DNA of 62,661 bases, counting the filler, from Collodictyon triciliatum (lineage: Eukaryota), in assembly GCA_043381765.1 (NCBI GenBank). It is 5 parts of 5 records of this genome, joined end to end, with 100 filler letters (N's around TTAATTAATTAA, not from the genome) between each part and the next. Parts side by side here need not be neighbours in the genome. Positions count along the whole stretch, not along the records: positions 29,570 to 44,247 come from JBHJMP010001787.1; positions 44,348 to 59,026 come from JBHJMP010001788.1; positions 59,127 to 62,661 come from JBHJMP010001974.1; 2 more parts are not named here. One strand, given 5' to 3'. A program made the translations under genes and the position numbers. Below, piece after piece: positions 39,883-61,220 of this stretch (position 1 is the stretch's first letter; each line of letters opens with the position of its first letter). Below the pieces are notes generated by a model. That model had not been told where the DNA came from. It saw only the letters and a program-made list of their open reading frames with translations, and did no database searches.

Positions 39883-41339
39883 CTCACCAACGCTCCAAAA
39901 GAATCTTTACATCCCTCAGCTGGAAGGGTGGAAGCTCATCTGACGCTTGTTTTGGAGATGGCTGGGCCTCAAAATTCCTTAATTAAGTTGTATAATTTCA
40001 ATCAGAGGGTTTACTATCGATAGGTTGTGAATACATCATGGTTTATTAATCGTTGAAAAGAGGCCGATCCCCTTATCACATTCATTGATTAAATGATATA
40101 CAGCACCTGGTCACCACTTTAGCTTTGATATGCAGGTATTCTGGGGGAACGGCATGCATGACTGGCCTAATTTTAATTCTTCTGAGTAAGCATGTTTGGC
40201 TTTTTTATATGTAAGCAGAAATAATCTCACAGTTGAAAAGATGATTTCTTTTTACAATTTTTTATGATGGAATGTTGTTTTCTTTAAAAAATAAAATAAT
40301 CCTTCTTTTGGTTCAAAGTTCTTATGATGCAAAGTTAATTTACTTGGCTGGTATTGGTGGCAGGATGACTTTTGGTCCTTTGCTTTGAGCGTGTCGGTAA
40401 TCAGCGAGATTGAAATACCTCATGTCTGGGTGCTGTTTTGGGGACGAGTGGTGGCGTTTCTCTTTAATGACACTAATTTCCGGCGTGATGAATTTATTAT
40501 TATTATTACATCGTTTGAGAAATTGCGTAAACCGTTGATTGTGTTCAGCTGAGTTTTTACGCAAATGCGTGTAGATAAAAAAAAAATACACCTTATCAAA
40601 ATATGTCATAGAAAATATCAATATATTCGAGCAAGAAAAAAAAAGTGTCGAAGCAGCGTATACATCGAAGGTGATCCTCGGGAAAGAGCGCGATTGGAGG
40701 CTGATTTTGCTGGAGGTGAATGAATATCCAGACTGGACACGTTGGCCGAATTAGTGCCATGTGCAGACACGGGAGTGAGACGATTTGCCGCCCTGAATAT
40801 GCAAACATGAATGTGAGTTTTTTTTTTTTTTTTTTTGAAAAGTGTTATAGAAATCAGGCATGCAAGATATGAAACCTTGATGAGGAGCGAGGATTTCCAT
40901 TAGATTTGGTTTCATTCTTCAATGGAGGGAGTCGTTCCTGCGTATATAAAAAAAAAAGAAGGAAAATTCAGATAATCTCTTCGGAATATGCGATGACTTA
41001 TGTGGTATGCGAACCGATCATGAAAATATTTATTTCAAACCTCTTTCAAACTTTCATCCAAAGATGTCGAGGTTTCATCTATTTTTGCGTGAATTATAGT
41101 TCGATCATATTCCATACTAATTCTTATAAACCATGTGATACAATTGAAATGTGCTACCTCTAAGTTCGAGTAGACGAGGAGATGAATTACCAGACTGTCA
41201 ATTAAATTTTGGGTTGATAAGTCAATATCATGCACCAGATTCAAAAGAATGGTTAATGTTACTATTTTAATTGTAATTATTGTTATATGATATGTTGATC
41301 ATCAATAAGATAATTTTATCGTCGAGGATGATTCATTGA

Positions 41340-41380
<41 letters not shown>

Positions 41381-41406
41381 NNNNNNNNNNNNNNNNNNNN
41401 NNNNNN

Positions 41407-41443
<37 letters not shown>

Positions 41444-44247
41444 AAGAGAGAGAGAGAGAGAGAACAACAGTTCCCCGCTCATTTGTAGACTACCTGCTTT
41501 GAATTGATACTGGGAAAAGTTGTAGATGAAGTCAGATATGTGGCCTCCCTGGATGACGGACGAGATCTTGGCCTCTGGGCTCCACTGTCGGCAAATGCTT
41601 CCTTCGGATGTTGTGGAATACTTCCTGGCCTCGACGAGATTTCAATCCCAAACGTGGGGTCATTTAAGTCCGCTTCGATCTACAGTTTCATATCTTTGAA
41701 AATGATACTAATCGATGAAAAATGATTCCCATTACAAAAAAAAATTTTTTTTTTTAAAAAAAGTCGATTTCACAAGAATTTTATTCTGGCAAAATTGCCA
41801 ATAATTTTGGTTCAGTACCAAAATTTTAACCAAAATTATAATGAGATTGATGTCTTTTATAGTATATACTAGGTATAAAAAGACATCAGAGATTGTATTG
41901 CGAGAAAATCGAGCATCATACCGTTTGCAACAGACTGTCGTGTTCGTTTGTTGAAAGATTGCTACCCTAAATTGAAGACATAAGTAATTTCTTCAAAAAA
42001 AATAATTTTTGGCTTCTCACTTTTCTGCAATTAACCGAGGAAGGAAACGAGAAGTACACAGATATCGAGTATATAAAGTGAATATAAAGTCATACGCTCT
42101 GGGTGAGTCCCTTGTTTGAGTTTTCCTTCACAAGAGATGGTGGCATTGTTGCTGAATCTAGGTCTTTGCCTAAGGAATTATCAACAATATGCTTATCATT
42201 AAGATCGGATTTTATTTTTGCCTCTTCAATCTTGATGAAGTTGGCATCATCGAAACTGGATTCTTTTTGAATAGGAGAGTGCTCTGGTTTGAGTTGTAGC
42301 AGTTGCTCATCGTCACCAAAAGCATACGGTTTCTGTAACTGACCATTTTCAGTTCTTTTATGTTCGTTATGGTGAATCTCTTCGTCAACAACCTGGCGAG
42401 GATTGGGCTCTTCATTCGAGACCTGTAGAATTTGTGGCGACGGATCAAAACACTCCATTCGTATAGATTTATCTTGATTTGTGGTGTTAAGCTCTCGTTG
42501 ATCACGAAGCTCGATGTCTTGCGACAATTTTAAAGCATTAGGAGAAGAGTAAGATTGAGCAGCCCCAATTGAGAGAGTAGACTCAGAGGTATGATGGTTT
42601 TCATGATTGGAAATAGCACTATTAGCATCCTCTTCTGCTTCGAAATCGTCCTCATGATATTCGTCGACATTTGAATAGTTGTTCTGTTCTGCAGATTCAT
42701 GTATGGAATCATTTCCTATTGCAGAGTGGGATTGAGTCAGCCGATTATCAAATTGACCGGTTACTTCAATATGTTGGTCTTTAGACTCAAATTCTCGCTC
42801 CTCGTTCTCTCCAAAATTTCCTTCAGTCTCTTTTTTTTCCGTGCGCTTGGTTTTGAAAGATTGCTCGTTAGTTGATTCTAATGGGGCAACTTCATCTTGT
42901 TCGTGAAATACTGAATTTTCTCCCGGCTGATTTTTTGATTCTGACTTGCAAAATTTTACCGTGCCATCTTTAGTGGGATCCTCAGTAGAATTTTCAGTCG
43001 GATGTTCGGTGGGATGTTCAGTGGAATTTTCTTCAGTCTTTTCTTTGGTTTCTTCGATATTTTCTCCGGATGTCTCTCTACATTCTTCAGTAACTTTCAC
43101 ACAGCTTTTTAAATCATTTTCGTTATCTTCTGTCTGTTCAACCGCTTCAAAACTATCCTGTTTGTATACATCTGTTGTTTCATCCACCCTTTTTTCTGCC
43201 ATTATGAAGGTCTTTTCTTCAGTCTTTTCTTCGGTCTTTTCTTCGGTCTTTTCTTCAGTTCTTTCTTCAGCCCTTTCTTCAGTCCTTTCTTCTGTCCTTT
43301 CTTCAGTCTTTTCTTCAGTATTTTCTTCGGTCTTTTCTTCGGTCTTTTCTTCGGTCTTTTCTTCGGCCTTTTCAACGGGTAACTCCTTACTTTGTTCTGT
43401 AAGACGTATAAAGCCTTTTTCATCAAATTCTCTTTCCTCTGCTTGCTCAAACGCTTCAAAATTATCCTGCTCGTAGCTTTCTTCAGTATTTTCTTCAGTA
43501 TTTTCTTCAGTCTTTTCTTCAGTCTTTTCTTCAGTCTTTTCTTCAGTATTTTCTTCAGTATTTTCTTCAGTATTTTCTTCATTCTTTTCTTCAGTCTTTT
43601 CTTCAGTCTTTTCTTCAGTCTTTTCTTCAGTCTTTTCTTCAGTCTTTTCTTCGGTATTTTCTTCAGTCTTTTCTTCTGTCCTTTCTTCAGCCTTTTCTTC
43701 GGTCTTTTCTTCATTTTTTTCTTCAGTCTTTTCTTCATTTTTTTCTTCATTATTTTCTTCATTATTTTCTTCATTATTTTCTTCGGTCTTTTCTTCGGTC
43801 TTTTCTTCGGTCTTTTCTTCGGTCTTTTCTTCGGTCTTTTCTTCGGTCTTTTCTTCAGTCTTTTCTAGGGTCTTTTCTTCAGTCTTTTCTTCAGTCTTTT
43901 CTTCAGTCTTTTCTTCAGTATTTTCTTCAGTCTTTTCTTCGGTATTTTCTTCAGTCTTTTCTTCGGTCTTTTCTTCGGTATTTTCTTCAGTCTTTTCTTC
44001 AGTATTTTCTTCAGCCCTTTCTTCAGTCTTTTCTTCAGTATTTTCTTCAGTCTTTTCTTCAGTTCTTTCTTCAGCCCTTTCTTCAGTCCTTTCTTCTGTC
44101 CTTTCTTCAGTCTTTTCTTCAGTCTTTTCTTCAGTCTTTTCTTCGGTCTTTTCTTCGGTCTTTTCTTCGGTCTTTTCTTCGGTCTTTTCTTCGGCCTTTT
44201 CAACGGGTAACTCCTTACTTTGTTCTGTAAGACGTATAAAGCCTTTT
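39046..44247 (-). CDS. Very large acidic EEKT-repeat protein with C-terminal Rdx (SelT/SelW/SelH-like thioredoxin-fold) CxxC domain; 5' end missing
   Basis: The frame is open from the scaffold end (44247) through the EEKT repeats into ORF 42090-43202. Terminal exons splice to VKILLERCHNCHEHKMSVRHDSEKYEKYSKT-VIDTIEGCYPGISIL-VNTELDHPPRIGSFEITVR..-VIHSKLHSLHWPNAELLLKKLE. Linking the middle exons is partly inferred. Confidence 0.7.
43210..44200 (-). repeat. Coding 12-bp minisatellite (plus-strand TCTTTTCTTCAG/CGG variants; encodes EEKT/EENT) in a higher-order duplication
   Basis: Dozens of tandem 12-mers. The unique spacer GGCCTTTTCAACGGGTAACTCCTTACTTTGTTCTGTAAGACGTATAAAGCCTTTT occurs twice (~43365-43419 and ~44193-44247). 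Confidence 0.95.
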
Positions 44248-44347
44248 NNNNNNNNNNNNNNNNNNNNNNNNNNNNNNNNNNNNNNNNNNNNTTAATTAAT
44301 TAANNNNNNNNNNNNNNNNNNNNNNNNNNNNNNNNNNNNNNNNNNNN
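44248..44347. other. Artificial scaffold linker
   Basis: Same 100-bp structure, core at 44292-44303. Confidence 0.97.
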
Positions 44348-44822
44348 AAAAAAACACAAAAAAACACAAAAAAAACACATAAAAAACACATAAAAAACAC
44401 ATAAAAAACACATAAAAAACACATAAAAACACATAAAAACACATAAAAAACACATAAAAAACACATAAAAACACATAAAAAACACACAAAAACATAAAAC
44501 AGAAAACAGAAAAAAAGAAGCGCTTAGCGTAGTTTGCGCACAAACCTTTGGCTAATTGGGTCTCACAGAGCGGCGAAACACCTCTGGTTAGTTGTGTTTG
44601 CAAATGGAGCCGCTTGTGGGGGACCTTCCCGACGATGTTCGCCCGCACAACCCACACAAAGGCAAGTTTTGCATTTCCAGACCTACACGCCTACGCCAGG
44701 CTTTGAATCAATATCCTTGCTCCAAACGAAGCAGTTGTTCTGACAGGCTTTTTGCAGAGCGCCGAGGTAGACAGAAGCGCCGAAAAGGCGAGGGAATAGG
44801 AACTCGGCCAACGGATCGTGCT

Positions 44823-47800
44823 ATGGAGGTTGGTTTCTGCTTCTTTGTCTTTTTCTTTTTCCTCTATTCTCTTCGCCCTTTTTTCTTTTCGTATCGTATC
44901 GTTTCGTTTCTTTCTTTGAATGGTTATCCTCAACTTGCATGAATGCTTGCCAAGATGCTTGTCACTGCTGTCCAGCCGCTTTATTGGTATATGAGCCCAG
45001 TCTCTTATGGCATTGAAAACATTCCCACGAATCCGTCCACACCAGTCCTTTTCGTTGGAAACCACTCTCTTTATGGCTTGGACATCTCCCTCTTTGTAAG
45101 CGAGCTCTGGATAAAGAGGGTATATCTTCATATTTTTTTTATTTAAACCGTCTTGATTTTTCTATTATTCACTTATACGTTTTTGTTTCTTTCCATAAAA
45201 AATTATTGAATGTTGTTTTGGTTATCCCTTTTCATATATATATATATATATATAGACGTGTTCTTTTCTTCGGTTAAAGAATAAATACAGATATAGTGAA
45301 ACCCAGAAGAAAATCCATCTGGTTTCTATTTTTTTTTTTTTATTGATTGTGAACGAGCCGAATACTCATATAGCCTTCATCCCATCAAACACATAATAAA
45401 CTCCTACGAATTTAGAAAATTATAATACGACCTTTGGCCGACCATGCACACTTCCGAATGCCGATTTGGCGTGAAATCGTAAAGCTTTCGGGTATTGTCG
45501 AGGGAAATCCAGAAAACTGTGACACACTGATGGAGCGCAAAGAAAATATCCTTGTTTACCCAGGTCATTTTTTATTTTTATTCATTGGTATTATCCCTTC
45601 TTTCCCAAAGGGACTGCCACTGTCAATAATGATGGCTTACATCAGTGCTCTCCTTACTTTCTTCAATAATGGAAAACTCGACCTTTCAAAAAAGAAACAC
45701 ATAATCGTACTTTACAAAAGCCAATGTGCCCAGAATATCATAACTCGATATACAGCACCAACTACACAAATAATAAATTACTATTTCTCATGCGGACCCA
45801 ACAAGGTGGAGCAAGGGAGGTCTTCAAACTGAAAGGTGAAAAGTATAAACTGATTTGGGGGAATCGCCTTGGGTTCGCCAAAATGGCCATCAAACACAAG
45901 TACTCACAATTATATCCACGTTCTATATAATTCCTATACTTGTATCGACTCACTTTTATTCATGCATCTACACATACACAGAAAAATTGAAAAATTGGTA
46001 CAATTTGCATACCGCGTGGTGTCTTTAACAGACTTGTGTGTAGTTATACAATCGTTCCCTTCGCGTGTGTTGGCATTGAGGATATGTACGACGTTCTAGT
46101 TGATTCTGAAGAAATATTGTCATCCCCTGTTGGTAAAATTGCACAATATGTTTCTCCAACTAAGGAGGTACTTTTTTATTTTTATTATTGATAACATTGT
46201 GTTTTTCATATGGCGCGTTCATAATTTGATCAAATTATAGTTTATGATTACAATATCTGTGTTGTTTCTCCTCTTTCCTTTATTCTAATATCTGCGGTAT
46301 TTTACTCTTAAATATCCCAAAGGTTCCTCCGATATTCGGTGGTCTTGGCGGGACCCTCATACCAAGGCCATATCGTTTGTATTTCTGGTTTGGGCAACCC
46401 ATATCTACATCCAAGTACTCGGGGCAGCACATGAATGACGGGTTTGCTAAGGAATTGAAGGTTTTTATCTCCTCGCTTTTATTTTTTATATAAATCTACT
46501 AAAGACCAAAATGTAGCTGCTGTGATGTAACATGTCATCGATTATTGCATCATAATAGCTAACATACCAAATTAAAAGCAAAAGCATGGATAATTTTAAG
46601 TCCAAAACAAAACGTAGCAAACAAAAAACCGAAAAAAAGCGAAACATAGTAACCACAAATTATTTTCACATGTAAATATTTTATTTTTAGCGCTCGTCTT
46701 ACTAGCGCTATTATTATATATAAAAGGAGCACACCAAAACACAAGTAGAGTGGGGAATCGATTTTTTGAAGAAAGTACAAGCATCTGATAAGTACAACTT
46801 ACTTTCGAAGCGAATGGAAGCCGATGTTCGTGAGGTGATATTTTTTATATTACTCTGCTTGATTTATTTAAAGATACGTTTTGTTCTATCAATTCATTTA
46901 CTCTTGTTGCAGATTATCTTTTTAATTTTAATAATATTTTTTGACTCTGGAAAATTTTTAAAATGATTATTATTATTAGTAATAATAATATTAATCGAAA
47001 TCATGTTTGGCGGTCATGAATTTTTATCGCAGAGGCCGTGGTTGAGATTTTTGATACGTACTGGTTTGGAAGCCTGGAATGGAGAAGGAACTGGATACGA
47101 CCCAAGATACGCTATATTATCTGCAAAGTAAGTAGTATTCGTTGCATTAATATCGTGTGGTGATGTATTGCTTTTCATTTTTATTTATTGTTTAGTGACT
47201 GAAGTATTTGTGTCATTAACACTTATTTAAAATTAACTTATGATTTAATCGTGAAAATGAAAAGAATAGAAATTGAAAAAGTGAAGATGGATTTTTAACA
47301 TTTTTAATTTCTATTAAATTAGAAAGGAACAACAACGAATGAGGATTAAAAAAGTTTGTCTACCATACATACATACATACATACATACATACATACATAC
47401 ATACATACATACATACATACATACATACATACATACATACATACATACATACATACATACATACATACATACATACATACATACATACATACATACATAC
47501 ATACATACATACATACATACACATACACATACATACAGATTACATACATTCAATATTCAATCATGTTGCAATTTATATCACTTTCAGGTATTCAAAGGAC
47601 ATACTTTTACCGAGACAAATAAAATAATAATGATGTAATAATTCTGTCTGGCAGAAAACGTCTCAAGCTTCCGTAAAGAATGGTGATGCCCGAGAGCAGC
47701 CCGGCGAATGCGGAAATGAGGAAGATGAAAGTAACTCAGAGAACGAAGATGGAAATGAAGAAGACAGCGAAGTGGGTGACGATGATGTTGGAAATGACGC

Positions 47801-48044
47801 GAAAGAGGAAGCAGACAACACTGAAAAAGAGGCGCGGGTTTCGAACGAACCAGAATCCAAACACCTTCAATCATCGGAGGTTGAGCCTGGTGAGGCAGAG
47901 AATAACGCGAGCGACGCAGAAAGTGAGGTGGAGTTTGAGGCTGACCTTTTGCAGAAGAGAGTCAGCGCACAGCAATTTTACAACGACCTGATTTTAGAGG
48001 CTGTTCGTTCTGTGGGTGCGCCTTTCATCACGTCGAGGATGTGA
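44823..48044 (+). CDS. DGAT2/MGAT/TMEM68-like lipid acyltransferase with acidic C-terminal tail
   Basis: GIENIP..PVLFVGNHSLYGLD (HxxxxD-type motif), IRPLADHAHF, ILVYPGGAREVFK..YKLIWGNRLGFAKMAIKHKYTIVPFACVG, RLYFWFGQPI. About 8 exons, all GT-AG. Confidence 0.9.
47364..47525. repeat. (CATA)n microsatellite, intronic
   Basis: Direct reading. Confidence 0.95.
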
Positions 48045-48504
48045 TAGCTTCACATGTTGATAAATGTGACAAGAAAATGATGCTGGTTTGTTCCTCCATT
48101 TTTTTTCCCTGTCTCATGATCGCAGCCACGAGCTCAAAAAACAATAGCAGGTTTGTGCCCATCAGAGTGTTTTAGGCTTACGTTAAGCTTCATGTTGTTG
48201 CTTGTACAATAGTTAATCGTACGTATAAAAAGCGCAGAATTAATGCGGATGACCGGCTTTTGATGGTTTTTTTTTTAAAATATATAACTGTCAGTTGCAT
48301 TCCCATGACCAATCCTTTGCTCACAAACAAGGAAAGAAAATATCGGGTTTAATGCCAGCCATCAACACACTTTGCTTTTATTCGTTTCACTGTCTGTGTT
48401 TCCAGCCCAGTTGTTTTATGGATTGTGGGAGCGACGAGCGGGGGAATATAGAAGAAAACAGTCTTTCTCAAAACGAAAGTTCTCACGCAAAAGGCTGTGT
48501 ATCA

Positions 48505-55635
<7,131 letters not shown>

Positions 55636-56017
55636 TGGTCAGGATGATGGAAAGCTTTTCTGGTCCTGTTGTTTTGTACATATGTAAGCTTCGTATACTC
55701 TTTCTCTTGTTGGTCTTTGTTTTCTTTTCGTCGACGGCGTTCATTATTATTATTATTATTATTATCATTAAAAAAAAAAATAAAAACGATCGATTTCTGT
55801 TGGGTTTGATTCGTGATCGAGTGTACAAAAATGGAAAACCAAACGGTTTTTATATGTGGATTTTATAATTTTGCGATTTCAGAAGCGATTCTCTTGAATT
55901 TTTTTTTAAGGCTCTGTTTATTTTTTGTGTCAAAAAAGTCTGTCACAATACACTGGTTGGGTCTGGTTCATGCTGCTTGCCCATTAGTGCGTGCCTCAAT
56001 TAATCGCTGGCTGTCGG

Positions 56018-58768
<2,751 letters not shown>

Positions 58769-58930
58769 CTGCGTCAGAGTCTATTCATGAAAGTCAGCGT
58801 AGCTGGTTTGAGTGGAGTGTTAACTGTGAGTAGAATGGCCAGCTTTTGTACTTTTGCTTCTTTCTCGGGATCTTGCTTCTTTGCCTTTCTATCTTTTGTT
58901 TTTTTGTTTTTGTTTTTGTTTTTGTTTTTG

Positions 58931-59026
<96 letters not shown>

Positions 59027-59126
59027 NNNNNNNNNNNNNNNNNNNNNNNNNNNNNNNNNNNNNNNNNNNNTTAATTAATTAANNNNNNNNNNNNNNNNNN
59101 NNNNNNNNNNNNNNNNNNNNNNNNNN
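59027..59126. other. Artificial scaffold linker
   Basis: Same 100-bp structure, core at 59071-59082. Confidence 0.97.
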
Positions 59127-59550
59127 TTTTCTTTTCTTCTTTTCTTCTTTTCTTTTCTTCTTTTCTTTTCTTCTTTTCTTTTCTTCTTTTCTTTTCTTCT
59201 TTTCTTTTCTTCTTTTCTTTTCTTCTTTTCTTCTTTTCTTCTTTTCTTTTCTTCTTTTCTTTTCATCTTTTCTTTTCATCTTTTCTTCTTTTCTTTTCTT
59301 CTTTTCTTTTCATCTTTTCTTCTTTTCTTTTCTTCTTTTCTTTTCTTCTTTTCTTTTCTTCTTTTCTTTTCTTCTTTTCTTTTCTTCTTTTCTTCTTTTC
59401 TTCTTTTCTTTTCTTCTTTTCTTCTTTTCTTCTTTTCTTCTTTTCTTCTTTTCTTTTCTTTTCTTCTTTTCTTTTCATCTTTTCATCTTTTCTTCTTCTC
59501 TTTTCTTCTTTTTTCTTCTTTTTTCTTCTTTTTTCTTCTTTTCTCTTTTT
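59127..59550. repeat. T/C-rich low-complexity tract (TTTTC/TTC variants)
   Basis: Direct reading. Confidence 0.9.
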
Positions 59551-59796
59551 CTCGATCGACTGATTAAAAATGTGGCAACCATCTAAATTGCATACATTTT
59601 CCACAACTGGATACAGTTACTAGTATATATGTGGAAAGTTAACTCATTCTCTTATGTTTTCGCCGATGTTTTCTACTTCAGGCTTTAAGTACTCAACCTT
59701 GTGCGTTCGTCGAAATGACAGCGTCCGAATGGCCTGCCACTGATATACGAAGCAGTTCAACGGGCGCTGGGTGTTGACAGGGTTGCGTAATCAAAT

Positions 59797-61220
59797 ATGA
59801 ATGTGCCTTTTCTGTTGATTGCACAAGAACACAGCGCGCAAATATTCTTTCCGTATAAAAAGCATCAAATGCAACTGCAATCCGATTTGTTTCGCGGGCC
59901 GCTGGTTCTTGCACAAAGTAGCATCCATCTAAAGGGAAAGACACACCGCGACCCATCGAAGGCTTTGCAAGTTGCAGCCGGTTCTTCTGGTTCCAACACT
60001 GGCGCGAAAAACACCCGAGTCGCACGTAAGTCAAGGAAGACCCGTGCAAGGAAGCCACCTGCAAGTCTGTATGAGTGAAAGTATTTTTGCACGATGTCGA
60101 GCAAGCCGTATAAAAACAAGAACAAGGCCCGCAGACTCACCGATGCGCTCGCCTCCTTCTTGAAAGCGAACAAACTTTGGGAAGAGACCATCCAATTGCG
60201 CTTACTGGACAGCGAAGACCTTTGCCTGATTGCCTTCCGTACTGCGGAAAACGCCCGAAAGCTTCTGGAACTGAAGCAGGTAAGTTTGATCGATATTACG
60301 ATCAGCTTCAGGGGAAGTAAACCAACAGAGACCTCGGTGATGCTCTACCAACTACCGCTGGACGTGTGGCCACAACTTCTTCGTGAGGAGCTGAAGCCGT
60401 TCAGACCGACCCACGTGGAGATCAAAAAGGACAAAGGCTTCTTCACAGACACGGCCGTGGTGAAGCTTCTTTGTCATAAGAACCAGCTCCCTGCAAAGTT
60501 TACGGTTATGGGCAAAAAGTGTCCAAAGCGCATCCTCAAAGAGCGTCCGCCAGCCGCGAACAACGAACGACAGGTAAAAATCCCGCAAAAGAATACATCT
60601 GCCAAGCAGACAAGCAGCAACGGGGCCAAGGAAGCCAAGGCCAGGCAACAACAGAGCCCGCAAGACTCACAGCAGATACGCACACAGCAGACAGCGATAA
60701 TGACATGGAAGGAAATCTCGGTTCCTCTTCAGAATCCTCGCACTCGAGCCATCCATCGCCAACACCGGACAAGCCCGCACATCGCAAGACCCAAGAGCAG
60801 CGCATCTCCAAACCCCGAAAGAAATCCCCCCTTAAACAACCCATTCAGACTGACGTGAATATGGTTAACATAGGAGGCATCAAGGCAGTCTTCGTTACTT
60901 ATCCGAAAGGATACTCCAAAGCGAAGCCAACACAAGAACCAGCGCCCACCAAAGATAGTCCGTTTCCCCTGCCCCAGCCCGTCGCACCGAGAACCAAGGA
61001 GCAAAAGCAAACAGCACAAGTAGAATCCAAGCTTGGAACTTCACACACCAAAAACAGTCCGAGCAAGCAGGAGCGTATGTTTCTAAAACCACAAATGCAT
61101 AGCCATACTCCGGTTAAGCAAAGTCTACTGCCGGCTGCGCATGGTTCCGAAACCAAAGGACGGTCAAGCGCCACTTCCGATAATTCCAGACAAACAACGA
61201 TGTATCGCTTTTTATCATAG
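59797..61220 (+). mobile_element. Non-LTR retrotransposon (L1/Tx1-type) ORF1-like sequence, disrupted or orphan; no ORF2 seen
   Basis: ORF 60094 has a double-RRM-like ORF1 pattern (IAFRTAENARKLL..ISFR..VMLYQLPLDVW..LKPF..FFTDTAVVKL..LPAKFTVMGKK). An in-frame TGA at 60076-60078 separates it from ORF 59797. The C-terminus continues in a shifted frame (60519-61220). GC-richer than its flanks. Confidence 0.55.

Noticed and set aside
39600-39900. Selenocysteine in the Rdx domain
   Set aside because: The motif codons are TG|T and TGC (CxxC). There is no in-frame TGA and no convincing SECIS downstream.
43210-44200. CRISPR array
   Set aside because: Tandem 12-mers without unique spacers, in a eukaryotic coding exon, with no cas genes.
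43202-44203. Highly basic KKRL/KKRP repeat ORFs and plus-strand FFS/VFSS ORFs
   Set aside because: Alternative readings of the 12-bp repeat. Only the EEKT frame continues into the acidic ORF 42090-43202.
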